Program-made: the position numbers and the translations under genes | The notes under the pieces: model-generated | The model's input: the letters and a program-made list of their open reading frames with translations, nothing else | Told to the model about the DNA's origin: nothing | Database searches by the model: none | In this document: positions 24,055 through 35,365 of the stretch, piece after piece | Position numbering within the stretch: position 1 is the stretch's first letter | Layout: each line of letters opens with the position of its first letter | Source of the DNA: Mustelus asterias | Taxonomy: Eukaryota | Direction: 5' to 3' | Length of the DNA stretch: 64,000 bases | Assembly (NCBI RefSeq): GCF_964213995.1 | Contig: NC_135811.1 | Span: 3,472,001-3,536,000 of the forward strand

Positions 24055-25090
24055 CACGGCGTTAGCTGTGCCTCAGTGGATAACACCTCGGCTCTTGAGT
24101 CAGAACCATCGATTTGAGTCCCATTCCAGAAATCTGATCACTTTGACACTTCCATTGCAGTACTGAGGGAACACAACAACATTGGACAGCAATACTGAGG
24201 GAATGCTGCACTCAGAGGGTCAGTACTGAGGGAGTGCCGCACTGTCAGAGGGTCAGTACAGAGGGAGTGCCGCACTGTCAGAGGGTCAGTACTGAGGGAG
24301 TGCTGCACTGTCAGAGGGTCAGTACTGAGGGAGTGTGGCACTGTCAGAGGGTCAGTACTGAGGGAGTGTGGCACTGTCAGAGAGTCAGTACTGAGGGAGT
24401 GCCGCACTGTCAGAGGGTCAGTACTGAGGGAGTGCTGCACTGTCAGAGGGACAGTACTGGGGGAGTGCTGCACTTTCAGAGGGTCAGTGCTGAGGGAGTG
24501 CTGCACTGTCAGAGGGACAGTACTGAGGGAGTGCTGCACTGTCAGAGGGTCAGTACTGAGGGAGTGCTGCACTGTCAGAGGGACAGTACTGAGGGAATGC
24601 TGCATTGTCAGAGGGGCAGTACTGACGGAGTGCTGCACTGTCAGAGGATCAGTACTGAGGGAGTGCCGCACTGTCAGAGGGTCAGTACCGAGGGAGTGCC
24701 GCACTGTCAGAGGAGCAGTATTGAGTAAGTGCTGCACTGCATTGTCAGAGAGGTAGTACTGAGGGAGTGTTATGTTTGATCTGAGACATTAAACTAAGGC
24801 CGCATATGTCCTGTTCAGTGGATATGAAAGATCCCATTGCCACTGTTTAGAAGAAGAGTGGACAACTTCTCGGGATGCTGAGCACTTTTTATCAACAAAC
24901 ATCACTAAAACAGATTCCTTGGTCAAGGTGGTTTTGCTGTTTGTGCGATCTTGCTGCAGGGGCAAATTGGCTTCTGTATTTCCTACATCTCAACACTTCC
25001 TGTACTTTTAAACATACTTCATTTAACGGTGAAGCATTTTTGATTGTCCTAATGTTGTGAAAGGTGCTATAGAAATACAAGTCTTTCTTA
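24055..25090 (+). mobile_element. DeuSINE (SacSINE1-like) with an internal minisatellite
   Basis: tRNA-like head at about 24060-24130, Deu domain GAAAGATCCCATTGCCACTG..AGAAGAAGAG at 24825-24860, tail GGTGCTATAGAAATACAAGTC. Confidence 0.72.
24188..24770 (+). repeat. 33-bp minisatellite, about 17 copies
   Basis: (CAGTACTGAGGGAGTGCTGCACTGTCAGAGGGT)n. Confidence 0.95.
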
Positions 25091-25203
25091 CACATTTACA
25101 AACGGAACCTGTGAGGAGTGTTGGGAGAAGGCTGTGACTAAATGTGGTGTGTTGATGGAATATTCACTCCTTTCACTGACTGTTCTCCGTCGTGTCTCCC
25201 TAG

Positions 25204-25512
25204 TTGTCTGAAGATGAAGGTGGAAATGGTGCTGAAGATGATGGAGTCTCCGAACAAGACCTGCAAGCGCTGATCACTGGGGACAGCCATTCTCCCAGTC
25301 TGTCTCGTCCACGTGAGCCCACCATCAGTGGCAAGTGGGTGTGTGCCCAATCATCTGACAGTAAAAAGCAAAACTACAACAAAGCCATCACAGACAAGCT
25401 GGAGATGCTGGCGGCTGCATATACACATCAAGGTGACAAGTGGAGAGCGCTGGGATATGCCAAGGCCATTAACGCCTTGAAAAGTTACCAGAAGCCAGTG
25501 TCTTCCTTTCAG
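25204..25512 (+). CDS. POLL: DNA polymerase lambda coding exon 3 (start of 8-kDa lyase domain)
   Basis: tag|LSEDEG...KWVCAQSS...[27 protein letters not shown]|gtaaaa. Confidence 0.96.
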
Positions 25513-26449
25513 GTAAAATCTCTGCCTTTTCCTTCCTCTTCCCTTCCCAAGTGGAGGAGCCTCCATTTGCAGTGCACACTGAGGGTAGGTCTAACCTGAC
25601 CTTCCCTACCCACCAGGAAATTGACAGCATCCAGTGTTTTGCACTTTTCCAGATTTTACCCTCCATTGATCTCATGTGAAAATGAGTTGAATTGTCCCGG
25701 ATTTGCTTTTTGACTGATTCCCTCTTGGTGCTAGTGTCCGCCTCAACCCCTGGCCTCTGGCATTGCCCAAGGGTCAAAGTGCCATGCCCAGGGGGCATCT
25801 TGGCACTGCCTGCCAGGCATTGGGCAGTGCCAAGGATGGGGCCTAATGGGGGGGGTAGGGTCTCTGTGGGGGAGGTCGGTGGGGGGGTGGGGAGTAGGTC
25901 GATGCTGGCCCGGACATGTAAGCCAGCGATCAAACGGGCCAGCGATCAGGAGGCCAGCGATCAGGAGGCCAGCGATCAGGAGGCCAGCAGTGTGGGGCTA
26001 CTGCCCATGCACCGATCCCGGCACTAGCAGATTGGCGTATGCGCAGTGGCCCACTCAGCACTGTGTTGCCGGCCTCTCCAGCAGGAGTTGGCCCTGCCCC
26101 TGCATTTTTACGAGATTTAAGCTAGGGCTCTCTGCAGTGCACAGAGTGTGGGAGATTCATTTCGAAACTCCTGCTGAAAAAAACCAGCGTGATTTACTCC
26201 AGTTTTTACACAAAATTGACGCTTAGAATTTTTTTGAAAGACCTCTATATTCCATGCACCCCCTATATTCTGCACACTCCCCTTTTCTTCTCTCCTATGT
26301 ACTCTATGTACGGTATGCTTTGTCTGTATAGCGCACAAGAAACAATACTTTTCACTGTATACCAATGCATGTGACAATAATAAATCAAATCAAATCAAAA
26401 AACATCCACATGTGACCTTGATGTAACAAAATTCAGAACACACATGGAT

Positions 26450-27570
26450 GGAAAATGTTAAGAGCGAGCATCGCTGGGGGTGTATGTATATAAATCATTA
26501 AATCATTGCAAGGCAGGTCGAGAAAGTATACGGGATCCTGGTTTTATTAATAGGGGCATAAAGTAAGCAAGCAAGGAAGTTTTGATAAATTTGTCAGCCT
26601 CAGCGGGGTATTGTGTCCAGTTCTGGACACCACACTTGTGAAAGTATTAAAGAAGGCTCAGAAAAGATTCACGAGATGGTCCTTCAGTTACATGGACAGA
26701 TTGGAAAAGCTGGGACTCTTTTTCCTGGATAAGTGAAGGTTTAAAGAAATTTAATAGAGGTGTTCAAAATTATGAGGGGTCTGGACAGAGTGGACAGGGA
26801 GAAACTGTTCCCATTGGTGGAAGGGTGGAGAAGCAGAGCGTGTCAACTTGAGGGGAATGAAGCAACTGTATCATGAGGAGAAACCTTTATACGCAGCAAG
26901 TAGTTAGGATCTGGAATGCACTGTCTGAGAGTGTGGTGGAGACAGATTCACACAGTGAGTGGTTAGGATGTGGAATGTACTGTCCGAGAGTGTGGTGGAG
27001 ACAGATTCACACAGTGAGTGGTTAGGATGTGGAATGTACTGTCCGAGAGTGTGGTGGAGACAGATTCACACAGTGAGTGGTTAGGATCTGGAATGTACTG
27101 TCCGAGAGTGTGGTGGAGACAGATTCACACAGTGAGTGGTTAGGATCTGGAATGCACTGTCTGAGAGTGTGATGGAGACAGATTCACGCAGTGAGTGGTT
27201 AGGATCTGGAATGCACTGTCTGAGAGTGTGATGGAGACAGATTCACGCAGTGAGTGGTTAGGATCGGGAATGTACTGTCTGAGAGTGTGATGGAGACAGA
27301 TTCACACAGCGAGTGGTTAGGATCTGGAATGCACTGTCTGAGAGTGTGATGGAGACAGATTCACGCAGTGAGTGGTTAGGATCTGGAATGTACTGTCTGA
27401 GAGTGGTGGAGGCAAGTTTTCAAAAGGGAATTTGATAATTATCTGAAGAGGAAAGATTTGCAGGGCTACAGGGAAAAGACAGGGGAGTGGCACTAGGTGA
27501 ATTACTCTTGCAGAGAGCCAGTACGGGCATAATGGGCTGAATGGCTTCCTGTGCTGTAACTATTCTGTAA
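26450..27570 (+). mobile_element. CR1 3' fragment containing a 59-bp tandem expansion
   Basis: CR1 ORF2 C-terminal sequence continues on both sides of the array. Confidence 0.8.
26900..27410 (+). repeat. 59-bp tandem repeat, about 8.6 copies
   Basis: GACAGATTCA recurs at 26941, 27000, 27059 and onward. Confidence 0.95.
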
Positions 27571-27882
27571 CTCTGTGTTACAACTGAATCTGCTACTACT
27601 GCCCTTTCAGATAGCTCATTTCAGATTACAACACCTTGCTATGTTAAAAACATCCTTCTTAACCCCCACTCCCTTCCACTCCCCAGTTATTTTGCTAATT
27701 TTCTTAAATCCATATCCTTTGGCTTCTGACCTTGCTGCCAGCGGAAACAGTTTCTCCCAATCTGCTCTGTCAAAACCCTTCAACACCTCCATTAACCCTA
27801 ACCTTCTCTGCTCTAAGGAGAACAGAGGCGATGGAGTACTGGTAATGTGATTGAGCTAGTAATCCAGGTACCCAGACTAATG

Positions 27883-28035
27883 ACAAAGCCTGGGTTTGAC
27901 AAAGCTTTGACAAAGGGTCATCTGGACTCGAAACGTCAGCTCTTTTCTCTCCTTACAGATGCTGCCAGACCTGCTGAGATTTTCCAGCATTTTCTCTTTT
28001 GGTTTCAGATTCCAGCATCCGCAGTAATTTGCTTT
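27883..28035 (+). mobile_element. Short non-autonomous element of a second hammerhead-bearing (probably Penelope-derived) family
   Basis: 14-bp TSD TACCCAGACTAATG (27869-27882, 28036-28049). Related copies at about 16393-16563 (-) and 19156-19252 (+), and weaker ones at about 56880-56960 and 57640-57740. Confidence 0.75.
27903..27941 (+). ncRNA. Variant minimal hammerhead ribozyme (U3-A8 core)
   Basis: AGCT TTGACAA A GGGTC atctg GACTC GAAA CG TC AGCT. Confidence 0.65.
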
Positions 28036-28193
28036 TACCCAGACTAATGCTGTGGAGACACAGGGTCAAACCCCACCATGACAACTAGTCAAATTTAAAT
28101 TCAATTCATAAATCTGGAACCAAAAGTTAGTCTAAGCTTGTCGATTATCATAAAATCCCAACACGTTCACAAATGTTCTTTAGGGAAGGAAAT

Positions 28194-28503
28194 GGGTAGC
28201 ACAGAGGTTAGCACTGCTGCCTCACAGCTCCAGGGACCCGGGTTCGATTCTCAGCTTGGGTCACTGTCTGTGTGGAGTTTGCACGTTCTCCCCGTGTCTG
28301 CCTGGGTTTCCTCCGGGTGCTCCGGTTTCCTCCCACAGTCTGAAAGATGTGCAGGTTAGGTGGATTAGCCGTGGTAAATGTGCAAGATTACGGGAATAAG
28401 GCGGAGGGGTCGGCCTGGGTGGGATGTTCTTTCAGAGAGTCAGTGCAGCCTTGATGGACCAGATGGCCTCTTTCTTCACTGTAGGGGTTCCGTGGTTCTG
28501 TGG
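28194..28503 (+). mobile_element. HE1-like V-SINE
   Basis: Head, V-core and tail present. Confidence 0.85.
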
Positions 28504-29631
28504 TGGTGAGGGAACCAACATGAGGGAAAAATCTACTTTACCTTGTCCTTACCATTTTACCTGTCACAGGTGCCTCTGTCCAAAAGACTACTGATCTGAA
28601 TGACCGCTGCATTGTCCTTGTGGGGATAAAGAACCACCTTCACATTGAGGATCTTGTTGTGTGGTACTAAATGGAATAGATTTCAAACACATCTAGTGAC
28701 TCAAAACTAGGCATCCATGAGGCCCTGTGGACCATCAGCAGCAACTTTCCAAGGGTTACCATTGACCAGAATTCAACTGGACTAGCCATATAAATGCTGT
28801 AGTTACAATAGCAGGTCAGAGGCTAGGAATCCTACATCAAGTGACTCATCTCCTGACTTCCCAAAGTCTGTCCACCATTTAAAAGGCACAAACCAGGAGT
28901 GTGATGGAGTACTCCCCACTTGCTTGGGTGAGTGCAGTTCCAACAACACTCAACCAGCTGGATATTGTCCAGGACAAAGCAGCCTGCATTATTGTCACTC
29001 CCTTCATCACTGACGCACAATGGCCGTAGTGTGTACCATCTACAAGATGCACTGCTGGAACTCACCAAGGTTCCTTAGACAGCACCTTCCAAACCCAGGC
29101 CACCACACCTAGAAGGACAAGGGCAGTTGACAAATGGGAACACCACCACCTGCAACTTCCCCTCCAAGCCACACACTATCCTGACTTGGAAATATATCAT
29201 TGTTCCTTCACTGTTGCTGGGTTAAAATCCTGGCACTCCTCCCTAACTGCACTGTGGGTGTACCTACTCACCTGGACTGCGGTGGTTGAAGAAGGCAGCT
29301 CACCACCACCTTTTCAAGGGCAATTATGGATGGGCAATAACTGCTGGTCCAGCCCACATTCCTGAACAAATGCTTAAAACAATCCCGTTTCTCCAATCTG
29401 TCCACATAACTGAAGTCCCTTGTCCCTGGTATCATTCTAGTAAATCTCCTCACACCCTCCACAAGGCTGACAACCTTCCTGAAGAATGCTGCCCAGAATT
29501 TGCCACGATCCTCTAGCTGGGGCCCAACCAGTGTTGTATAAAGACTTAGCATAATTTCTTAATTTTGTACACAATGTAAAAAGTCCAGGATTCTGTTTGC
29601 GGTTTTCAAACCTGAAAGACTTGGTTTGATT

Positions 29632-29655
29632 TGTGTGTGTGTGTGTGTGTGTGTG
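29632..29655 (+). repeat. (TG)12 microsatellite
   Basis: Direct read; about 40 nt upstream of the POLL acceptor at 29695. Confidence 0.95.
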
Positions 29656-29695
29656 AACTTACTGTGGAGCCTGGTTTCCCCTTTGCCTTTCACAG

Positions 29696-29869
29696 GAAGC
29701 CTGCAAGATCCCTGGCATCGGAAAAGGCATGGCTGAAAAAATCAGAGAGATACTAGAAAGCGGGCACTTGCGCAGGCTGGACTACATCAGTGAAAGCGTG
29801 CCAGTGCTGGAGATCTTCTCCAACATCTGGGGAGCTGGTGTGAAGACAGCCCAGATGTGGTACCAACAG
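29696..29869 (+). CDS. POLL: DNA polymerase lambda coding exon 4
   Basis: cag|[29 protein letters not shown]...[15 protein letters not shown]|gtggga; HhH motifs and the lyase Lys in AEKI are retained. Confidence 0.96.
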
Positions 29870-30408
29870 GTGGGATGCAGGTTGTGCAGCGTGGTATATT
29901 CTTTGAGCAGGTGCTTGAATTTACTGTTGTTGCCCTCGTGGTCTCCTGTACCTGGTTTGACAAAGTTACAGTTGGCAAATTACAGAAAGCCATTTCCATG
30001 CTATTCCAAAACCTGGCATTTCTATACTACCCGGTCATAACATCACACAGTGCTTCACACAGTATAGATTGCTTTGAAATGAAATTATTGTAATGTCAGT
30101 ATATATAGAGCTCCCTTTCTGAGGGGGAGCGTTGTCTGGGAGTCCTGGAGCTTTCCAGTTTCAGTGACAATTTTGTGCACTCCTACAAGCCTTTGGTTTT
30201 GTTGGAAAACATTGCTGATGTGTCACTCTGTGGCATGAAGTGATCGGGTTAGATTCTAATGATCACATTTGTTGATGAGATTTAAATAATTCCACCCCTT
30301 TGCCGGTAATCTGTTCAATGTACTCACTCTTCTGATACAAAGAAAGAAGTCTTATAATAGTTCTGTACATTGCATTGTGAAACTTTAGCCCTTTGACATG
30401 TTTTACAG

Positions 30409-30537
30409 GGATTCAGAACCTTGGATGACATTCGCATAAAAGCTAGTCTCACTAAGCAGCAGACCATTGGCCTCAAACACTACCACGATTTCCTGGACCG
30501 AATGTCCAGGGATGAGGCTGCAGAGATTGAAAAAACT
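30409..30537 (+). CDS. POLL: DNA polymerase lambda coding exon 5
   Basis: cag|[43 protein letters not shown]|gtgagt. Confidence 0.96.
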
Positions 30538-30782
30538 GTGAGTACTTTGTGCTTCTGTTTACAAGATGTGGGCATCCTCTGGAGAGAATCATTCGACCTG
30601 TCTGCCCTGTGCCCTCTCTCTGAGAGAGTGCAACCTCTGATACTCCCCACTCTTATTGTGGAAAGATTGCATTTGCTATGTTTGGGAATACGTGGACAGG
30701 ATTAACTGGGATTTGGGGATGTGGGGTCAGGATTTAGTGCTGTGGGATTGGGATCTGTGGGTGCGGGTATAGGATTTGATGA

Positions 30783-31325
30783 TCATAGAATCATACAGCA
30801 CAGAAGAGGCCCTTCGGCCCATCGAGTCTGCACCGACACATTAGAAAGACCTGAACTACCACCTAATCTGCCAGCACTTGGCTCATAGCCCTGGATGTTA
30901 TGATGCGCCAAGTGCTCATCCAGATACTTTTTAAAGGATGTGAGGCAACTGCCTCCACCACCCACCCAGGCAGAACATTCCACACCCTCACCACCTTCAG
31001 GGTAAAAATGTTTTTTCTCACATCCCCCCCAAACTTCCTGTCCCTCACCTTGAACCTATGTCCCCTTGTGACTGACCCTTGAACTAAGGGGAACAGCTGC
31101 TCCTTATCCACTCTGTCCATGCTCCTCGTAATCTTGTACACCTCGATCAGGTCAGCCCTCCGTCTCCTCTGCTGCAACGAAAACAACTCAAGCCTATCCA
31201 ACCTCTCTTCATAACTTAAACTTTCCATCCCAGGCAGCATCTTGGTGAATCTCCTCTGCACCCTCTCCAGTGCAATCACATCCTTCCTATAATGTGGCGA
31301 CCAGAACTGCACACAGTGCTCCAGC
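30783..31325 (-). mobile_element. CR1 3' fragment
   Basis: QFWSPHYRKDVIALERVQRRFTKMLPG... Confidence 0.9.
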
Positions 31326-33228
31326 TGTGTGCATGTATGATGGGATTTGGGAATGCAGGGTGGGATTTGAGGATGTCATGCAGCATCAAGCTCTCTATCT
31401 TGTTTAACTTGGTATTCCCTACATCCACCGCACTGGCTTCAATTTCATTGCTAATGTTTGACCAATGGAACACTTCTCTTGCCTTCCTCGAAGTCGACTC
31501 AATTCCTTATTGGCCTGCATGGATGCACTTTAACATCTCTCCTCTCATCCCCAGAGGGATGATGACTCTGTTTCCTTTTGTATAAGATGCCATCTTGGGC
31601 TGTCAATGCACCTTGAAATGCCCAAAATGTTCATGTGACCACAGGGTGTCCTTAGTACTCTCAGGCTATCCTCTCATCATCACTTTTACAGCACTTGGAG
31701 AGTTGTACTTGCTTAGATAGTTGCAGTGATGTGAGCAAGGTGCTTCTCTGTCAGATTCAATCGCTGCAATTCTACCGCCCCCGCCTGCCACGGATTCGGA
31801 GTGGGTGAGGGGCGGACAACGGAAATGTCCGTTGACCTCGGTGGGAATTTCCGGTCTCGCTCGAGTGAAGCTGTAAAATCCCACCCCATGTCTCCGCTGG
31901 GTTCCAGATCATGTTGAGTTGCTGCTTCACATTGGATCTGGAAGGTCTCACGTTCTGTTTTAGCTGTCCCACTTTCTTCATTAGGAACACTGCTCTCGAC
32001 ACAAGGTCAGCGATGTACATCTGTTTCCCTCAGATGTCACGTCCAAATGACATCTCAGCAAATGAAGTAATATTCTCTGCAGACGCTTTGGAGCTGATAG
32101 TAACAGTTGTCCTTGCTGCATTTAGTTTGACCTGTCTCTCTGGGGTCACACTGCAAGATGACTTCATCATTAATGTCATAGTATTTGAGCAATGGCGTTG
32201 TAGTCAACACTAGTTGTTTGATTTTAGTGAATGCTGCTTCTTATTCTGTTGCCCAATACCACCTTATATCCTTCACAGTGAATTTGCGGAATGGGTCACA
32301 CTCAACAACAAATTAGGCAAAGATTTTGCTAAATAGTTCACAAATCCAACAAATCATTGCACTACTTTCACATCCGTTGATCACTGCTATAGCTCTCACC
32401 TTGTCAGGACCTGGGCTTTCTCTGTCAGTATATGATCTGTGCGCTTAAGTTCAGGCATCTTAAGTTGCAATTCTTTCTTATTCAGCTTCAGATTCACTTG
32501 ACGCGTTCCCTATAGCAGCTGTATTAAATTCTCATTGTGATCAGCTATGGCTTCTTTCAATGTGTCTCCACATCCACAGACTAGTGGATCATCCACTCTG
32601 GCTTCCACCCCAGGAAGATCACTGACTATCTTGTGCTGTCTGTGGACTGGTGGAAATGTCAAACAGCATAAACAATCATCTGAATCTCCCAAACAGCATC
32701 CAGAATGTAATTACAGTTTCAATTTCAGTAACAAAGAACAATACAGCACAGGAACAGGCCCTTCGGCCCTCCAAGCCTGCGCCGCTCATGTGCCCAACTG
32801 GACCATTTGTTTGTATCCCTCTATTCCCAGTCTGTTCATGTGGCTATCTAGATAAGTCTTAAACGATCCCAGCGTGTCCGCCTCAATCACCTTCACATCA
32901 GGGTAGTAAAGATCTTTGCCTTGGCAAGTTGTGGCAAAACTCCTTTGATGGTTGGCACAGGGCGGTGAGATCTCTTCAGTGCTTTATTTAGATCCTTTGG
33001 GTTGAAGCATCCTCTCCAGGTTGTTTCCCAGCGACCAATCTGATAATCCACTCTGTAGGAGTTGTCTCTTTCTTGACAACTCCCTATTTTTCCAGCTCTT
33101 CTATCTTGTTTTTGAGGTTTGACTTCAGGGCTCTGGAACTCTTCTCAGCAGATGCTGAATTGGTCTAACACTCCTATCTACTTCCAGATGATATTCTCCA
33201 GGTGGATATCCATGCCCTATGAACACTT

Positions 33229-34480
33229 TGATTTGATTTGATTTATTATTGTCACATGTTAGTATACAGTTTCTTGCACACTATACAAAGCATACCGTTC
33301 ATAGAGAAGGAAAGGAGAGAGTTCAGAATGTAGTGTTACAGTTATAGCTAAGGTGTAGAGAAAGATCAACTTAATGCAAGGTAGGTCCATTCAAAAGTCT
33401 GACAGCAGCAGGGAAGAAGCTGTCTTGAGTCGGTCGGTACATGACTTCAGACTTTTGTATCTTTTTCCCGACCGAAGAAGGTGGAAGAGAAATATGTCTA
33501 GGGGGCATGGGGTCCTTAATTATGCTGCCTGCTTTTCCGAGGCAGTGGTAAGTGTAGACAGATGGGAGGCTGGTTTGCGTGATGGATTGGGCTACATTCA
33601 CAACCTTTTGTAATTCCTTGCGGTCTTGGGCAGAGCAGGAGCCCATACCAAGCTGTGTTACAACCAGAAAGAATGCTTTCTGTGGTGCATCTGTAAAAGT
33701 TGGTGAAAGTCATAGCTGACATGCCAAATTTCCTTAGTCTTCTGAGGACATAGAGGCGTTGGTGGGCTTTCTTAACTATAGTGTCAGCATAGGGGGACCA
33801 GGACAGGTTGTTGGTGATCTGGACACCTAAAAACTTGAAACTGTCGACCCTTTGTACTTTGTCCCCATTGATGTAGGCAGATGCATGCCCTCCACGACGC
33901 TTCTTGAAGCTAATGACAATCTTCTTCGTTTTGTTGACATTGAGGGAAAGATTATTGTCGCACCAGTTCACCAGATTCTCCATTTCATTCCTGTCCTCTG
34001 TCTCGTCATTGTTTGAGGTCCGATCCACTACGGTGGTGTCATCAGCAAACTTGAAAATCGAATTGGAGGGGAATTTGGCCACACAGTCTTAGGTGTATAA
34101 GAAGTACAGTAGGGGGCTGAGAACACAGCCTTGTGGGGCACCGGTGTTGAGGATGATCGTGGAGGAGGTGTTGTTGCCTATCCTTGCTGATTGTGGTCTG
34201 TGGGTTAGGAAGTTCGGGATCCAGTCACAGAGGGAGGAGCCAAGGCCCAGGCCACGGAGTTTGGAGATGAGTTTCATAGGAAAAATGGTGTTGAAGACTG
34301 AGCTGTAGTCAATAAATAGGAGTCTGACATAGGTGTCTTTGTTATCTAGGTGTTCTAGGGGGTTGAGTGTAGGGCCAGGGAGATGGCATCTGCTGTAGAC
34401 CTGTTGCGGCGGTAAGCAAACTGTAGTGGATCCAGGCAATCTAGGAGGCTGGAATTGATGCGTGCCATGACTAACCTTTC
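33229..34480 (-). mobile_element. Rex1/Babar LINE 3' portion
   Basis: [50 protein letters not shown]; (ATCAA)n tail. Confidence 0.9.
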
Positions 34481-34634
34481 GAAACACAACTTTGTACACC
34501 TCTAGGATCTGTTCACTGGTCAATGATTTTGTGTGCTGTGACACATTGTAAATCTCTGGCACATTTAAGGTTACCAGTCTAAGCTTTAAACTTGCTCTCG
34601 CTGAGATGAGTGGTATATAAGCTACAATTCTCAT

Positions 34635-35137
34635 CAACTTTTACAGATGCACCATAGAAAGCATTCTTTCTGGTTGTATCACAGCTTGGTATGGGCTCCT
34701 GCTCTGCCGAAGACTGCAAGAAACTACAAAAGGTCATGAATGTAGCCCAATCCATCACGCAAACCAGCCTCCCATCCGTTGACTCTGTCTACACTTCCCA
34801 CTGCCTCGGGGAGTGGGAATTGAATAATCGAGGACCCCACTCACCCCGGACATTCTCTCTTCCACCTTCTTCCATCGGGAAAAAGATACAAAAGTTTGAG
34901 GTCATGTACCGGACAACTCAAGAACAGCTTCTTCCCTGCTGCTGTCAGACTTTTGAATGGACCTACCTTGCATTAAGTTGATCTTACTCTACACCCTAGC
35001 TATGACTGTAACACTACATTCTGCACTCTCTCATTTCTTTCTCTATGAACGGTATGCTTTGCCTGTATAGCGTGCAAGAAACAATATTTTTCACGTATGT
35101 TAATATAAGTGACAATAATAACTCAAATCAAATCAAA
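34635..35137 (+). mobile_element. Rex1/Babar LINE 3' end
   Basis: Same family as 33229-33705, opposite orientation. Confidence 0.88.
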
Positions 35138-35365
35138 AATCTTTGGATTGCATTACTCCAGTGGCCATCTGTATAGACTGATTTTGCTTCCTGATAGCCA
35201 AATACTTGTGTGCGAAATGATTTGGCTTCTTGCAGTTAAAACGCTGCTTTCCCCACACTGGATAATCCTCCTTTTCCTTTGCGTGATGTCCTCCACAGTA
35301 TTTACATCCTTCCCTTTGTCTGTGATTGTTCTGCTCTTTTGGCCTGGAATGTCTCTCAGCATAAT

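Noticed and set aside
21477-24756. Repetitive Pro/Gly/Cys-rich ORFs in the ORF track
   Set aside because: They are translations of minisatellites in several frames, with no splice or homology support.
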